In this document: positions 10,785 to 21,861 of the stretch, in pieces
Numbering within the stretch: position 1 is the stretch's first letter
Layout of the letters: every line of letters begins with the position of its first letter
NCBI GenBank assembly: GCA_034521815.1
Contig: JAXHLW010000013.1
Span: 1,851,110 to 1,915,109, forward strand
Source: Trueperaceae bacterium
Lineage (GTDB): Bacteria > Deinococcota > Deinococci > Deinococcales > Trueperaceae
Direction: 5' to 3'
Length of the DNA stretch: 64,000 nt
The notes under the pieces: model-generated
What the model was told of the DNA's origin: nothing
Seen by the model: the letters and a program-made list of their open reading frames with translations, nothing else
Databases searched by the model: none
Program-made: the position numbers and the translations under genes

Positions 10785-11273
10785 TCACCCGGCAGCAGCG
10801 GGCGTGATCGTCAGGCTGGGCAGCCCGACGTCCTGACCGATCGGGGTGAAGACCGCTTCGTTCCCGGCCGCGTCGCTCACCGTGACCGTCCAGGTGAACA
10901 GCCCGGACGGGTGATCGGCGGGAATCGCCCAGCCGTACGTCCAGTACTCGTCGGTCATCTCGGCGCCGGGCGGGTGGGAGCCGTAGTGCAGCTCGAACGA
11001 CGCGCCGGTGTCGAGATCGGCCGTCACGGTGACGCCCCGCTCCTCGACCGCGGCGGCATCGAGACGCTCTCCCGTCTCGCCGTCGTACACGTAGGTGCGG
11101 AACACGACCATCTCGCCCTGGTGGAACACCGCATTCGGCACGCAGACGGCGCCCATGGCACCCGGCGCGCCGCGAACGAGGTCGGCATGGAGGAAGTAGG
11201 ACGGGGCCGCCCACGCCGCCTGGGCGAGCACCGCAAGGAACAGCACGAGGACCGAGGACCGTATCGTGCGCAC
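10785..11273 (-). CDS. Secreted hypothetical protein (single Ig-like domain)
   Basis: GAGAGAGGG RBS before GTG 11273, signal peptide ending AAWA, and a beta-rich body (CVPNAVFHQGEMVVFR...YWTYGWAIPADHPSG). Confidence 0.75.
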   Translation of the reverse strand: MRTIRSSVLVLFLAVLAQAAWAAPSYFLHADLVRGAPGAMGAVCVPNAVFHQGEMVVFRTYVYDGETGERLDAAAVEERGVTVTADLDTGASFELHYGSHPPGAEMTDEYWTYGWAIPADHPSGLFTWTVTVSDAAGNEAVFTPIGQDVGLPSLTITPAAAG

Positions 11274-11388
11274 GTTTCCCTCTCTCTCCGTGGGGCGGTA
11301 GGGAACGCCCCATCCATGAACGTGACGCCATGAACAGTAGCAGATCGCCCAGAGCGACGCCTGCACATGTCACGCACGCTCGCCGAGC

Positions 11389-14300
11389 TCAGCGCCCGAA
11401 CACGTCGGGAAGCTCCTCGAACGCGATCAGCACGTCGCGCGGCTTGCTTCCCTGGTGAGCGCCGACGACGCCCAGCGCCTCGAGCGAGTCCATCAGCTTG
11501 CCGGCGCGGGCGTGCCCGACCTGAAGCCTCCGCTGCAGGCGGCTGACGCTGGCCTGTCCCTCGTTGATCACCAGCTCGGCGGCGGTCCTGAGCTTGTCGT
11601 CGTTCCAGTCGATCAGGCCCGACGCCGTCGAGTCGTCGTGCGCGACCGGCTCGAAATCGTCGCCGTACGCCTCGACGAACTCGTCGTCGAAGTACTGCCG
11701 TCGCAGGAACGCGGCCAGGCCGGCCATCTCGTCCTCGCTGACGAACGGTCCCTGCAGACGGACCGGCTTGACCAGGCCCGGCTGGTAGAACAGCATGTCG
11801 CCGTTGCCCACCAGGCGCTCGGCGCCCATCGCGTCCAGGATCGTGCGGGAGTCGTGCCCCGAGCTGACCGCGAACGCCACGCGCGCCGGCACGTTCACCT
11901 TGATCAGGCTGGTGAGGATGTCGACCGAGGGACGCTGCGTCGCCAGGATCAGGTGCATCCCCGTCGCGCGGGCCATCTGCGCCAGCCGCATGATCGCCGA
12001 CTCGACCTCCTTGGGGCTGGTGATCATCAGGTCGGCCAGCTCGTCGATCACGATGGCCACGAACGGCAGGTGCGGCAGGTCCAGGTTGCGCGCCTTCTCG
12101 TTGTACTGATCGAGGTTCTTCGCCCCGATCCGGCTCATCATCTTGTAGCGCCGCTCCATGTGCGACACCGCGCCCAGCAGCACGCCCGCCGCGTCGGACG
12201 GGTTCGTCACCACCGGCCGGATCAGGTGCGGAATCCCGTCGAACGGCGTCAGCTCGACCATCTTCGGATCGATCATCAGGAAGCGCAGGTCGGTCGGCAG
12301 GAACTTGTAGATCAGGCTGGCGATGAGCGTGTTCACCGCCACCGACTTGCCCGACCCGGTCGAGCCGGCCAGCATCAGGTGCGGCATCTTGGCCAGGTCG
12401 GCGACGACCATCTCGCCGTCGATCGACTTGCCCAGGATCAGCGGCAGCCTGGCGCGGGCCCGCGCGAAGGCGGGCGCGTTCGCCGCCTCGCGGAAGCGGA
12501 TCAGGTCGCGGTCGGTGTTGGGCACCTCGAGGCCGATGACGCTCTTGCCGGGGATGGGCGCCTCGATCCGGACCGAGCTGGCCGCCATCGCGAGCGCCAG
12601 GTCGTCCGCCAGGTTCGCGAAGCGGGCGATCTTCTCGCCCGGCGCCGGCTCGACCTCGAACCGGGTGACGGTCGGGCCCCGAACCGAGCTGACCACGCGG
12701 CCCTGCAGGTTGAAGTTCGCGAGCGTCTCGTCGATCTTGCGGACGCGCTGTCTCACCTCGCGACGCTGCGCCTCGGGGTCGTCGCCGCGCGGCGGGAGCG
12801 GATCGAGCAGGTCGATCGGCGGCAGCTGGATCGGAATGCCGCCCACCTCCGGCAGGTCGCCCACGTCCCGCGTCGCGGTCGGCCGATCGGGCTTCGGCAC
12901 GCCGGTGGCCCGGCCGGTGGGCTCGAACGGCGGCGACGCGTCCCCCTCGGCGTCGGTCCGGCGCCTGGAGTCACCGGACGCGTTGCGGGCGTCGCGTCCG
13001 GCCGCCGTGGACCGCGCCCCCGTCCCGGCACCCGTCGCCGCCCGCGAGGCCGAGGCCGTACCGGTCGCGGCACCGCTCGCGGCGCCCGTCGCAGCACCCG
13101 CCGCAGCACCCGCCGCGGTGGGCACGTCCTCGGTACCGAGCAGCTCGTCGCTCCAGGCGGCATCGTCGGACGCGGGGTCGCCCCTGGTCGGGTCGGTCGG
13201 GGACGCCGTGCTGGCCGCCAGCGCCTCCTCGCGCGCACGCCGCGCGACCTCGCGGGCGCGACTCTCGACGGCGGCCAGCGCCTCGCGCCAGGGGCCGTCC
13301 TGCTTGAGCGCCTCCCGGCCGCGCTCGGCCAGATCGCGCGCCAGCGCCTCGTCGAACTCCGCGACCTCGTCGACCTCGCCGAAGTCCGCGGTGACGCGCG
13401 ACACCTCGCCGCACAGCGCGCGCCAGGTCTCGAGGCGCTCGGCGTCCTGTTCCAGCGCCTCGGCGGCGCTGGCGACCTGCTTGTACGCCGTGCGCCGCTC
13501 CGCGTGCGCGGCGCTGGCCGCGACCAGGCCGGACGCGTCGACGTCGGACAGGGTCGCCTCGGCCTGATCGCGGGCGCGGGTGAGCTTGCGGTAGCGCGCG
13601 TCCAGCGCGGTGAGGTCCAGCGCCAGCGCCTTGCGGACACCGTCCAGCGCGTGCGCCGTGCGCGACGCGCCGGAGACCGTCTCGGACAGATCGTTCGTGC
13701 GGGCCTCGAGCCACGGCGCGAACTCGCGCACGCCTTCGGCGCGCAGGTGCCCGATCAGCTCGGTCGCGCGGGCGTTCGTGAAGTCGTCCACCGCGGCCCG
13801 CCAGGTGGCGACGTCGGCTCGGGCCTCGGCCAGGCTCTCGGCGTCCGCCCCTCTCAGCCGCTGCTTCAACGTGTCGACCTGCTCGCGCCAGCGCACGAGC
13901 TCGTTGCTCCCGGGGTACAGGCCCGCCAGTGCCGCCAGATCGCGTCCCACGCGGCTCGCCTCGGTCCGCACCAACGCCACGTCCGCCTGGAACGCGGCGC
14001 GCGTCTTCACCCGCCGCCTCGTCGCGACCGCCAAGGTCCAGAGTCGACGGATCGCCGAGCCGGTCGCGAGCAGCGTCGTGCGGACGATCCGGGTCGGCCG
14101 CCAGCCGAGCATCGCCTCGATCCCCAGCGTCACGACCAGCACGGCCGGCAGCGCGACCGCCGCACCGGTCGCCCCCGTCAGCGCCGCCCGCGTCCGCACG
14201 CCCCACGATCCGGCCACCTCGGGCGCGACCACCATCGCCAGCGCCCAGGCCCCGGCCACGGCCACGACGTAGCCGACCAGCACCCGGGGCCAGCCCGGCG

Positions 14301-14565
14301 GGTTGCGACGAACCAGGAACACGGCGCCCAGGATCAGCAGGGGCCACGGCAGCGCGTACGACGCCCAGCCGAGCCGGCCGGTGACGGCCCGCTGGACGAC
14401 CGCGCCCAGCTCGCCGGTCGGGAGCGACGGGAGCAGCAGGCCGAGGAGGGACGCTCCGGCGGCGAGCAGGACCAGACCGATCGCTTCGAGATCGACGATG
14501 CGACCGTCGGAGCGATCGGTCGCGTCGCGCGACGCACTGCCGGAACGGGAACGCTTGCGGGCCAC
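11389..14565 (-). CDS. ftsK: DNA translocase FtsK
   Basis: N-terminal TM segments, AGSTGSGKS Walker [25 protein letters not shown] and C-terminal gamma domain ([19 protein letters not shown]). Confidence 0.95.
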   Translation of the reverse strand: MARKRSRSGSASRDATDRSDGRIVDLEAIGLVLLAAGASLLGLLLPSLPTGELGAVVQRAVTGRLGWASYALPWPLLILGAVFLVRRNPPGWPRVLVGYVVAVAGAWALAMVVAPEVAGSWGVRTRAALTGATGAAVALPAVLVVTLGIEAMLGWRPTRIVRTTLLATGSAIRRLWTLAVATRRRVKTRAAFQADVALVRTEASRVGRDLAALAGLYPGSNELVRWREQVDTLKQRLRGADAESLAEARADVATWRAAVDDFTNARATELIGHLRAEGVREFAPWLEARTNDLSETVSGASRTAHALDGVRKALALDLTALDARYRKLTRARDQAEATLSDVDASGLVAASAAHAERRTAYKQVASAAEALEQDAERLETWRALCGEVSRVTADFGEVDEVAEFDEALARDLAERGREALKQDGPWREALAAVESRAREVARRAREEALAASTASPTDPTRGDPASDDAAWSDELLGTEDVPTAAGAAAGAATGAASGAATGTASASRAATGAGTGARSTAAGRDARNASGDSRRRTDAEGDASPPFEPTGRATGVPKPDRPTATRDVGDLPEVGGIPIQLPPIDLLDPLPPRGDDPEAQRREVRQRVRKIDETLANFNLQGRVVSSVRGPTVTRFEVEPAPGEKIARFANLADDLALAMAASSVRIEAPIPGKSVIGLEVPNTDRDLIRFREAANAPAFARARARLPLILGKSIDGEMVVADLAKMPHLMLAGSTGSGKSVAVNTLIASLIYKFLPTDLRFLMIDPKMVELTPFDGIPHLIRPVVTNPSDAAGVLLGAVSHMERRYKMMSRIGAKNLDQYNEKARNLDLPHLPFVAIVIDELADLMITSPKEVESAIMRLAQMARATGMHLILATQRPSVDILTSLIKVNVPARVAFAVSSGHDSRTILDAMGAERLVGNGDMLFYQPGLVKPVRLQGPFVSEDEMAGLAAFLRRQYFDDEFVEAYGDDFEPVAHDDSTASGLIDWNDDKLRTAAELVINEGQASVSRLQRRLQVGHARAGKLMDSLEALGVVGAHQGSKPRDVLIAFEELPDVFGR

Positions 14566-14707
14566 ACCCGAGTCTATCGCGGACCCGGGCGACCCCCGGC
14601 AGCGCAGACGGAATGAGCGATCCGTGAGCCCTGGAGTGGCATCATGACGTCGTCATGGCGGCTCGCGCTCACCCCCTGCACCGACGTCGCCGCGCACGGC
14701 TCGCGCC

Positions 14708-16543
14708 GTGAATAGCCTGCCTCGGTCCCTGACGTCGCTCGTGACCGGTGGCTTGGCGGCGCTGGCGATGACGGCGCTCATCGTGGCGGTCGTGCCCGCC
14801 GCATCGACCGGGGCACGGATCACGAGCCTCGGGCTCTCCGTGATCCTGAGCCTGCTGGCATGGGCGACGATCCGCCAAACGCGCGGTCGCGGTCGCGTCG
14901 CAGGCGGCCTGACCCGCGCCAACGAACGGATCGTGCTGGCGAACGACCGTTCCGCGGCGGCCTCCTCCGCCCTGCAGTTCGTGTCCGACACCACCGGCGT
15001 CGACCTGGCGTGCGTGCTGGTGCTGCGCGGCGCGCGCCTCGCTCCGCTGGCCGTGACCGGCGACCTCTCCTCGCTCCCGGAAACGTTCGCCGCAGAGGGC
15101 GTCCCGTACGAGCCGGGGCCCCTACGCGACGCCTGGCGAGAGCGTCGATCGATCTTCACGTCGGACGGCGTGGGCCGAGCCTCCGACCAGGACGGGAGCG
15201 CGCCACCGCTCGGAGCGGTCGCGTCGGCGGTGGTTCCCGTGCCCGACGCCGAGGGCGTGACGCGTGCGCTCCTGGTCCTCGCGAACGCCACCCGCCGCCG
15301 TGCATGGCCGGACGAGGAGCGCAGGATCACGCGCGGCGTCGCGCTGGTGCTCGGCGCGGCGCTTCATCGCCTGCACCTCGACCATCAGCTGCACGAGATG
15401 CGCGATGTGCTCCGCGCCGTCGCCCAGGCCGTCGACCCGCGAGAGGCGTACGACCGCGCGGTGCACGCCGCCGTCCGCGTGATCCCGGGGGCGGAGGCCG
15501 CCACGCTCCTGGTCCGGAACGACGAGGGGCGCTACGGCTTCGTGGCGGCCGAGGGCTACGACTTGGGGCAGCTCGTCGCGGTGGGCGACTTCGACGAGCA
15601 GATCACCCTCGACTGGTACGGCCTCGGACGGGCATCGTTCGTTCGCGGCGTCCCGCGACTCCTTCGCGGCAGCGAGATCGGACCGCGCAGCTACGCCACC
15701 ACGCACGGCGACGAGCAGGGGGACGCGCTCCTCGGCGCAGGCCGCGTGGCCGAGTTCCAGGCCACCATCTGCGTACCGATCGTGGCCGCGGGCGAGGTGC
15801 TCGGAACGATGAACATCGACAACATGTCGCTCGACGAGGCGTTCGGCGAGGCGGAGCTGGAGCTCGCCGGCGCGTTCGGACAGCAGATGGGGGTGCTCTT
15901 TCGCCAGACGCACGCGCTGGAGGCGCTGGCCCTGGCGGCGACCACCGATTCGGTGACCGGCCTCGCGAACCGCGAGGGGTTCAACCAGCGCGTCGCGACG
16001 GAGCTCGCGCGGGCGGCGCGTCGCGACGAGCCGGTCCACCTCGTGATGATGGATCTCGACGGGTTCAAGCGGGTGAACGACCGTTTGGGCCACAACGCCG
16101 GCGACGCCGTCCTGCGCCGTGTCGCGGCCGCCCTTCGCTCCGCCTCCCGTGAAGAGGACGGCCTGTTCAGGTGGGGCGGCGACGAGTTCGTGCTGCTGCT
16201 GGCGGGCGGGACGAAGGCGGAGGCCCGCGCCGCGGCCGACCGGCACGTCGAAGCGATCGAATCGGTCACCGTCGGCGGCCTGTCGATGTCGGCGTCGGTC
16301 GGGATCGCCAGCTGGCCCGACGACGCTCGGGACACCGAGGATCTGCTTCGGCGCGCGGACGATCTCATGTACCGGCACAAGCGGCGCGACGGGGCCCCCT
16401 CGGACGAAACGCGTGCTGACGAGCCCCGTCCCGACGAGCCCCGTCCCGACGAGCCGCCCGCTAACGAGCAGGACCGTCAGTCGCGCTCGGCCTCCTCCAG
16501 CGAGGACGACGTCAGCGACGACGCCTCCAGCGACGCGTCGTAG
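14708..16543 (+). CDS. Membrane-anchored GAF-GAF-GGDEF diguanylate cyclase
   Basis: Two TM segments, two GAF-like regions, DSVTGLANR, DLDGFKRVND..GHNAGD, REED I-site and RWGGDEF. Confidence 0.9.
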   Translation: MNSLPRSLTSLVTGGLAALAMTALIVAVVPAASTGARITSLGLSVILSLLAWATIRQTRGRGRVAGGLTRANERIVLANDRSAAASSALQFVSDTTGVDLACVLVLRGARLAPLAVTGDLSSLPETFAAEGVPYEPGPLRDAWRERRSIFTSDGVGRASDQDGSAPPLGAVASAVVPVPDAEGVTRALLVLANATRRRAWPDEERRITRGVALVLGAALHRLHLDHQLHEMRDVLRAVAQAVDPREAYDRAVHAAVRVIPGAEAATLLVRNDEGRYGFVAAEGYDLGQLVAVGDFDEQITLDWYGLGRASFVRGVPRLLRGSEIGPRSYATTHGDEQGDALLGAGRVAEFQATICVPIVAAGEVLGTMNIDNMSLDEAFGEAELELAGAFGQQMGVLFRQTHALEALALAATTDSVTGLANREGFNQRVATELARAARRDEPVHLVMMDLDGFKRVNDRLGHNAGDAVLRRVAAALRSASREEDGLFRWGGDEFVLLLAGGTKAEARAAADRHVEAIESVTVGGLSMSASVGIASWPDDARDTEDLLRRADDLMYRHKRRDGAPSDETRADEPRPDEPRPDEPPANEQDRQSRSASSSEDDVSDDASSDAS

Positions 16544-17794
16544 GCCGGACGGGTCAGCAGGTAGTCCTCGAGCACGACCTTGATCAGCGCGACGGTCGGG
16601 ACCGCGAGGAGCGCACCGACGAACCCCATCAGCCCGAGGCCCGCCATGATCGCCAGCAACACCGTCACCGGGTGCAGGTCCACGCTGCGCGAGAGGATGA
16701 ACGGGCTGAGCACGTTGCCCTCCAGCTGGTTCGCGACGATGAACACGATGACCGCGCCCAGCGCCGTCCACGGGCCGACCGTGAACCCCAGCAGGACCGC
16801 CGGGATCACGCCGACGATCGGTCCCAGGTACGGCACCAGGTTGAAGATCGCGGCCAGGAAGCTGATCGCCGTCGCGAGCGGAATCCCGATCAGCGACAGC
16901 CCGATCCAGATCATCACCCCGAGGATCGAGGTGATCAGCAGCTGGCCTCGGAGGTAGCCGCCGACGGCGCGGTCGGTCTTCCCGATCAGGTCGTGCGCCA
17001 GCGGGCGCCAGCGGACCGGGACGAAGCGCTGGACGTTCGCGACGAAGCGCGGGAAGTCGTACAGGAAGTACGCGCTCGCGAGCAGGATCAGGAACACCTG
17101 CAGCGTGGTCGAGACGATGCTGGTCGCACCGCTGAGCAGCATGCTGGGGCCGCCGGTGAGCACGCGCTCGAACAGCTGCACGAGATTCTCGACCGTCGTC
17201 TCGAGCACGCTGGCGACGCGGTCGCGCGCCTCGACGCCCAGCTCGGCGCCCTCGGGCTGGACGCCCAGACGTTGGTCGAGGAACTCGGTGACGAACGGTG
17301 GCGCCTGCCCGAGGACCCCTTCGAACCACACGCCCAGCCGGCCGAACTGCTCGACCCAGGCTCTCGACCGCTTCGGGGATCAGGTTCACGAAGCGGCTGA
17401 GCTCGCCCACGACCTGACCCAGCAGGATCGAGCCCAGCACCAGGAGCTGCAGCAGCGCGAGGTACACGATCACCACGGCGAACGGACGGCGAACGCGGAT
17501 GCGTCCCAGCGCCTCGACGACGGGGTTGAGCACGTACGCCACCACGAAGCCGATCAGGCCCACCTGGAGCGCGAACGCGTACTTGTCGCGTAGCGACCAG
17601 TAGCGCCAGGACGACGAGCACGGCCACGATCAGGTACGTCGCGGCCCGCACCCAGGCGTGCCGCCAGACCACCTCGATCGCCGTGATCTGGGGGTGGGCG
17701 GCGCGGCGCCGGATCCCGCAGCGCCGCGCGGCTCGGTCGCGGCGCGCGACGCGGTCGCATCGCCCCGGTCGCCCGAGCCGTGGCGCCCCGTCAC
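16477..17794 (-). CDS. AI-2E family transporter (frameshifted; start approximate)
   Basis: AYVLNPVV, GGYLRGQL, NLVPYLGP, QLEGNVLSP and LHPV motifs distributed over three frames. Confidence 0.85.
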
Positions 17795-17826
17795 GTCGTC
17801 GCGACCTGCCGGCCCGCCCGGGTCGC

Positions 17827-18561
17827 TCACGGACCGACGAACAGGGCAGCGGCGTTGGCGCGGACGGCTGCGGGCTCGAGACCGGCACCGAAGTAGTCGC
17901 CGTTCTCCCAGATCTCGAAGTGCACGCGGACGCCGTCGGTCAGGCCACGAACGCCGTCGTCCGTTCCCGAGTTGCCCGCGGTCGCGACGACCTGGCCCCG
18001 GTACACCGGGTCGCCGACGCTCAGGTCCGGCTCGATCGCGTCGAGGTGCGCGTAGCGGTAGCTCCTGCCGTCGTCGCCCTCGATCCACAGCTGGCGGCCA
18101 CGGAGACGGTCCAGCTGGGACGCGTCGGCGCCGTCCGCGACCTCGCCCAGAAGCGCGGTCCACTCGGCCTCGTCCGGCTCGGCATAGGCGCGGTCCGACC
18201 GGGTCACGGTGCCTGCCACGGCCGCCACCACGGGCGTGCCGAGCTCGATCGGAACGCCGGCGTCGCCCGCGTAGAAGTCGAACCCTTCGGAGACGCCGTT
18301 CCGGTACGCCCGGGGCGCTCCAGGAAGGTGGGCGTCGTCGGTCGGCAGCGAAGCGCCGGGCACCGGGAACCAGACGCCGGCGGGCGCGCGGCGAGGCTCC
18401 GACCGCGCCGCGGCGATGGCCTCGTTCTCCGCGGCGGCCAGACGCAGCTCGCGGATCTCGGCGCGCGCGTCCCGCGCGACCACCGTCATCACGATCGCGT
18501 ACACGGCCACGACGACCAGCACGATCCATCCTGGCTTCACCGAGCGCGTCGCCGACTGCAT
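17827..18561 (-). CDS. M23/LytM-family protein with degenerate active site
   Basis: N-terminal TM segment, GTPVVAAVAGTV, YAHL, V..GQV...GNSG and HFEI. HxxxD reads SEGFD and HxH reads RVH. Confidence 0.85.
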   Translation of the reverse strand: MQSATRSVKPGWIVLVVVAVYAIVMTVVARDARAEIRELRLAAAENEAIAAARSEPRRAPAGVWFPVPGASLPTDDAHLPGAPRAYRNGVSEGFDFYAGDAGVPIELGTPVVAAVAGTVTRSDRAYAEPDEAEWTALLGEVADGADASQLDRLRGRQLWIEGDDGRSYRYAHLDAIEPDLSVGDPVYRGQVVATAGNSGTDDGVRGLTDGVRVHFEIWENGDYFGAGLEPAAVRANAAALFVGP

Positions 18562-18607
18562 GGCAGGGAGTCTAGCAGAGCGCCGAGCGGTCTCGGCAGC
18601 GACGAGG

Positions 18608-19747
18608 TCAGCGCCGGATCAGGTGGTGCATCGCCGGTCGGTGACCGCCGTGGAACACGCGCATCACGCCCTCTGCACGCCACGAGCCCTGTTCGTCGGC
18701 CAGCGCCGCGTCGAACGCCCGGAGCGCATGCGTGACGACCAGTGCGGAGCCGCCGACCGGAAGCAGCCGGGCCGCCTCGCGCAGGAACGCGCCGTAGCTC
18801 AGGTGCAGGTCCGCCACCTCGCCCATGGCGTCGCCCCACGGCGGGTCGGCGACCACGACGTCGAACGACGCGTCCTCGAACGGCGTGGCGGCCGCGTCCG
18901 CCAGCCGCAGCTCGACCTGCGCATCGGCGGGGCCTCCGCTCAGATCGGACCGCACGCGCAAGCCGGCGGCGCGAAGATTGGCCTCGCTGGCCTCCAGCGC
19001 ATCGGGATCGAGGTCGACGCCGGCCAGCCGGGCGGCGGGGCCCAACGCCGCGCGCTCCGCGAGCAGCGTCCCCGAGCCGCACATCGCGTTCAGCACCCGT
19101 TGCCCCTTGGCGTGGCCGATCCAGCGCCAGGCCGCCGCCGCGACGCAGGCGTTCAGACCGCCGGGCAGGTTCCTCACCCGCCAGTCACGCACCGACAGCG
19201 GCCGCGGGGTGGTCCGGATCAGGACCTCCCAACCGGCGCCGGACGCGCCCGCCGGTCCCGGTCGCACGCTTGGTCGCACCCGTACCTGCAGATCGCCCTC
19301 CTCCGGATCGTCGGGCAGCTCCACTCCCTGCGCCAGCGCAGCCCGGAGCCGCCGCATCACCGGCGAGTCCTTGCCCGCCGCCTCCAGCCGCACGGCGTGG
19401 AACGGCGAATCCGACGCGCGAACGATCATGCGCATCGCGTCCACGATGCGGCGAAGGTGCGCGTCGCCCAGCAGCGCCTTCGGCCGGGGCACGTCGAACG
19501 CCAGCACGCGGTGCAGCGCCGTGACGGTGCGAAGCCGCTCCGTAGGCACGTCGTGCCCGCCGGGCCAGGTGAAGCGCACCGCATCGGCCTGATCGGTGCC
19601 TGCCCGATCGGTGCCGGGCGCCTTCGGGCCCAGTCGCGCTCGGCCCGTGAGGCGAAGCTCCTCGCGGGCGAACGGGGCCAGTCCGGGCAGTACCTCCGCC
19701 TCGTACGGCACCTCGTGCGCGGCGTCGGTGGCGTGGCTGGGCGTCAT
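18608..19747 (-). CDS. SAM-dependent RNA methyltransferase (UPF0020 / RlmL-Trm14-like, m2G)
   Basis: PLSVRDWR, NAMCGSGTL and DPPWG motifs. Confidence 0.82.
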   Translation of the reverse strand: MTPSHATDAAHEVPYEAEVLPGLAPFAREELRLTGRARLGPKAPGTDRAGTDQADAVRFTWPGGHDVPTERLRTVTALHRVLAFDVPRPKALLGDAHLRRIVDAMRMIVRASDSPFHAVRLEAAGKDSPVMRRLRAALAQGVELPDDPEEGDLQVRVRPSVRPGPAGASGAGWEVLIRTTPRPLSVRDWRVRNLPGGLNACVAAAAWRWIGHAKGQRVLNAMCGSGTLLAERAALGPAARLAGVDLDPDALEASEANLRAAGLRVRSDLSGGPADAQVELRLADAAATPFEDASFDVVVADPPWGDAMGEVADLHLSYGAFLREAARLLPVGGSALVVTHALRAFDAALADEQGSWRAEGVMRVFHGGHRPAMHHLIRR

Positions 19748-19831
19748 GGCGTCAGCGTACCGGAGCGGCCCGACGCCCTCGCCGTCGCATGCCCTTCCCG
19801 AATTCGGCCGGCGCCGACATACCCTTGGCGG

Positions 19832-20972
19832 GTGTCCCGTCCGCGCTCGGCGTACCTGCACGTGCCTTTCTGTCCACACGTCTGCCCCTACTGCGACTTC
19901 CACAAGATGCGCCGCGACGAGCGGCTGGTCGAGCGCTACTTGACCCGCCTCGAGCAGGAGATCGCCGAGGCGGGTGTACGCTTCGGCGGGCCGCTGGACA
20001 CGCTCTACCTGGGGGGCGGCACCCCGTCGCACCTGAGCGACGCCGAGCTAGATCGGGTCTTCGCCGCGCTGGACCGCGCCTTCGGACTGCCGGCCCGCGT
20101 CGAGACGCACGCTGGAGGCGGACCCGGCGACGTTCGATGCGGCGCGGCTGGAGAGGTTCCGGGCGCTGGGCGTCGGTCGCCTGTCGATCGGGCTGCAGAG
20201 CACCCAGGACGAGGTGCTGCGCTTCCTGGGCCGCGCGCACGACGCGGCGACCGGACTGGCGGCGGTCCGTACGGCGCTGGACGCCGGATTCGAGGTGTCG
20301 GCCGACCTGATCACCGCCGTCACCGGCCAGGACGCCCGCGCGGACCTGGAGGGCCTGGCGGCGACCGGCGTCCAGCACGTCTCGGTGTACACGCTCACGA
20401 TCGAGCCGTACACCCCGTTCGCGCTGCGCCGCGTCCACGTCGACGACGATCGCGCGGCGGACGACTACGAGCTGGCCGCCGAGGTGCTGGGCGCGCACGG
20501 CTTCGACCGGTACGAGGTGTCGAACCACGCCCGGCCGGGACACGCCTCGGTGCACAACCAGGTGTACTGGCACGGCGCATTCTTCCTGGGCCTGGGCCCA
20601 TCGGCCGCCGGCTACCTCCCGCTGGGCGACGGCAGCGACCCGGCCGACCTGGGCGAGCGCGTCACGAACCTGCCGATCAAGGCGTGGCTGCGGGGCGATC
20701 CCCCGCAGCGCGAGCGCCTGGACGCCCGCGAGCACGTGCTCGAGAGGCTGATGACCGGACTGCGGACCGTACGGGGCGTGGACCTGGACGCGCTGGCCGC
20801 GCGATCCGGAATCGACGTGCGAGCCCGCTACGAGGACGTCCTGCGGGACGAGCTGGCGTCGGGAAGGCTGGAGCTGATCGCCCCCGCCGGCCCGCGAGCC
20901 ACCGTGCTGCGCGCGACCGACCGCGGACTGGTCGTCCTGGACGCCGTCCTGCGGAGGTTCTTCGCCGCCTGA
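19832..20972 (+). CDS. hemW: Radical SAM heme chaperone HemW (frameshift near 20108)
   Basis: YLHVPFCPHVCPYCDF, GGGTPS, HVSVYTLTIEP, YEVSN...HNQVYW and GLGPSA. Confidence 0.9.
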
Positions 20973-20984
20973 CGCGCCCGGTCG

Positions 20985-21602
20985 TCAGGCTGGCGCGGCA
21001 GCGACCGCCGCTCCGGCCTCGTCGAGCACCGCGTCACGCACCAGGCGACGTACCCGCTGCTCGTAGCGCTCCACCGTCCAGCCGCCCTCGATCACCAGCA
21101 CCTCGTACATGCGTGCGGACAGGAGCCCGAAGAGCAGATCGGCGGCCTCCTTCGCCGTCCATTCCGGTCGCAGCCGCCCGTCGTGGTCGAGCTGCTCGAA
21201 CACCCGCTGGTAGCGCTCGCGGCGGACGCGCGTCCGGTTCGCCCACGCCGCCTGCGCCGCCGGATCGCTGGCTCGTGCCACGTCGTTCGCGACCGCCACG
21301 CCGTGAACCGACGGAACCGTCCGGACGTAGTCGGCGATGGCGTGGTCCAGGGCGTCCAGCCCCGAGGCGCCGGCGGGGAGCGGCGCCAGGCCGTGTCGGC
21401 GACGCGCCTCGTCGAGGATGTGCTCCGAAGCGGCGACCACCAGATCCGACTTCGACCCGAAGTGGTCGTAGACCGCCTGCCGCGAGACGCCGGCCTCGTC
21501 GGCGACGGCGGCCATGGTGAAGTCGAGGAAGCCGGTCCGCTCGAGAACGCGACCGGCCGCCCGCAGAACGAGGCGATGGGTCCGCTGGGCACGCGATGGC
21601 AC
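20985..21602 (-). CDS. TetR/AcrR-family transcriptional regulator
   Basis: HTH FTMAAVADEAGVSRQAVYDHFGSK. Confidence 0.92.
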   Translation of the reverse strand: MPSRAQRTHRLVLRAAGRVLERTGFLDFTMAAVADEAGVSRQAVYDHFGSKSDLVVAASEHILDEARRRHGLAPLPAGASGLDALDHAIADYVRTVPSVHGVAVANDVARASDPAAQAAWANRTRVRRERYQRVFEQLDHDGRLRPEWTAKEAADLLFGLLSARMYEVLVIEGGWTVERYEQRVRRLVRDAVLDEAGAAVAAAPA

Positions 21603-21699
21603 GCGGGTAGGCTTTCACGGCCGCCTACGCGGCGTCAACCGAGACGACTGCGACGCGTCGGCGCCCGCCACGGCCACCCGCAGCTCGGCGCCAGCTATC

Positions 21700-21729
21700 T
21701 TGACACCGTGTCAATCTCCCGCCTATCGT
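21700..21729 (+). promoter_or_regulatory. Promoter (-35 TTGACA, -10 TATCGT) overlapped by perfect palindrome TTGACAC-C-GTGTCAA, a likely TetR operator
   Basis: Palindrome at 21700-21714 and TATCGT at 21724-21729 (18-nt spacer), between the divergent tetR and cupredoxin genes. Confidence 0.75.
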
Positions 21730-21861
21730 GACCGTGCCTGTCCGCAACTCCGACCAGGGCGCGGCCTTCCCCCGATTGCCGTGTCGCGATCGCAGTGCAG
21801 GACAGCGCAGTGCAGGACAGCGCAGTGCCGCGGAGTGTAGTGCAGCTCAGGAGGAGGAATC

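Noticed and set aside
12850..14000. Long Ala-rich helical/linker insertion in FtsK as a novel domain
   Set aside because: FtsK linkers are highly variable in length and composition, and nothing specific supports a new function.
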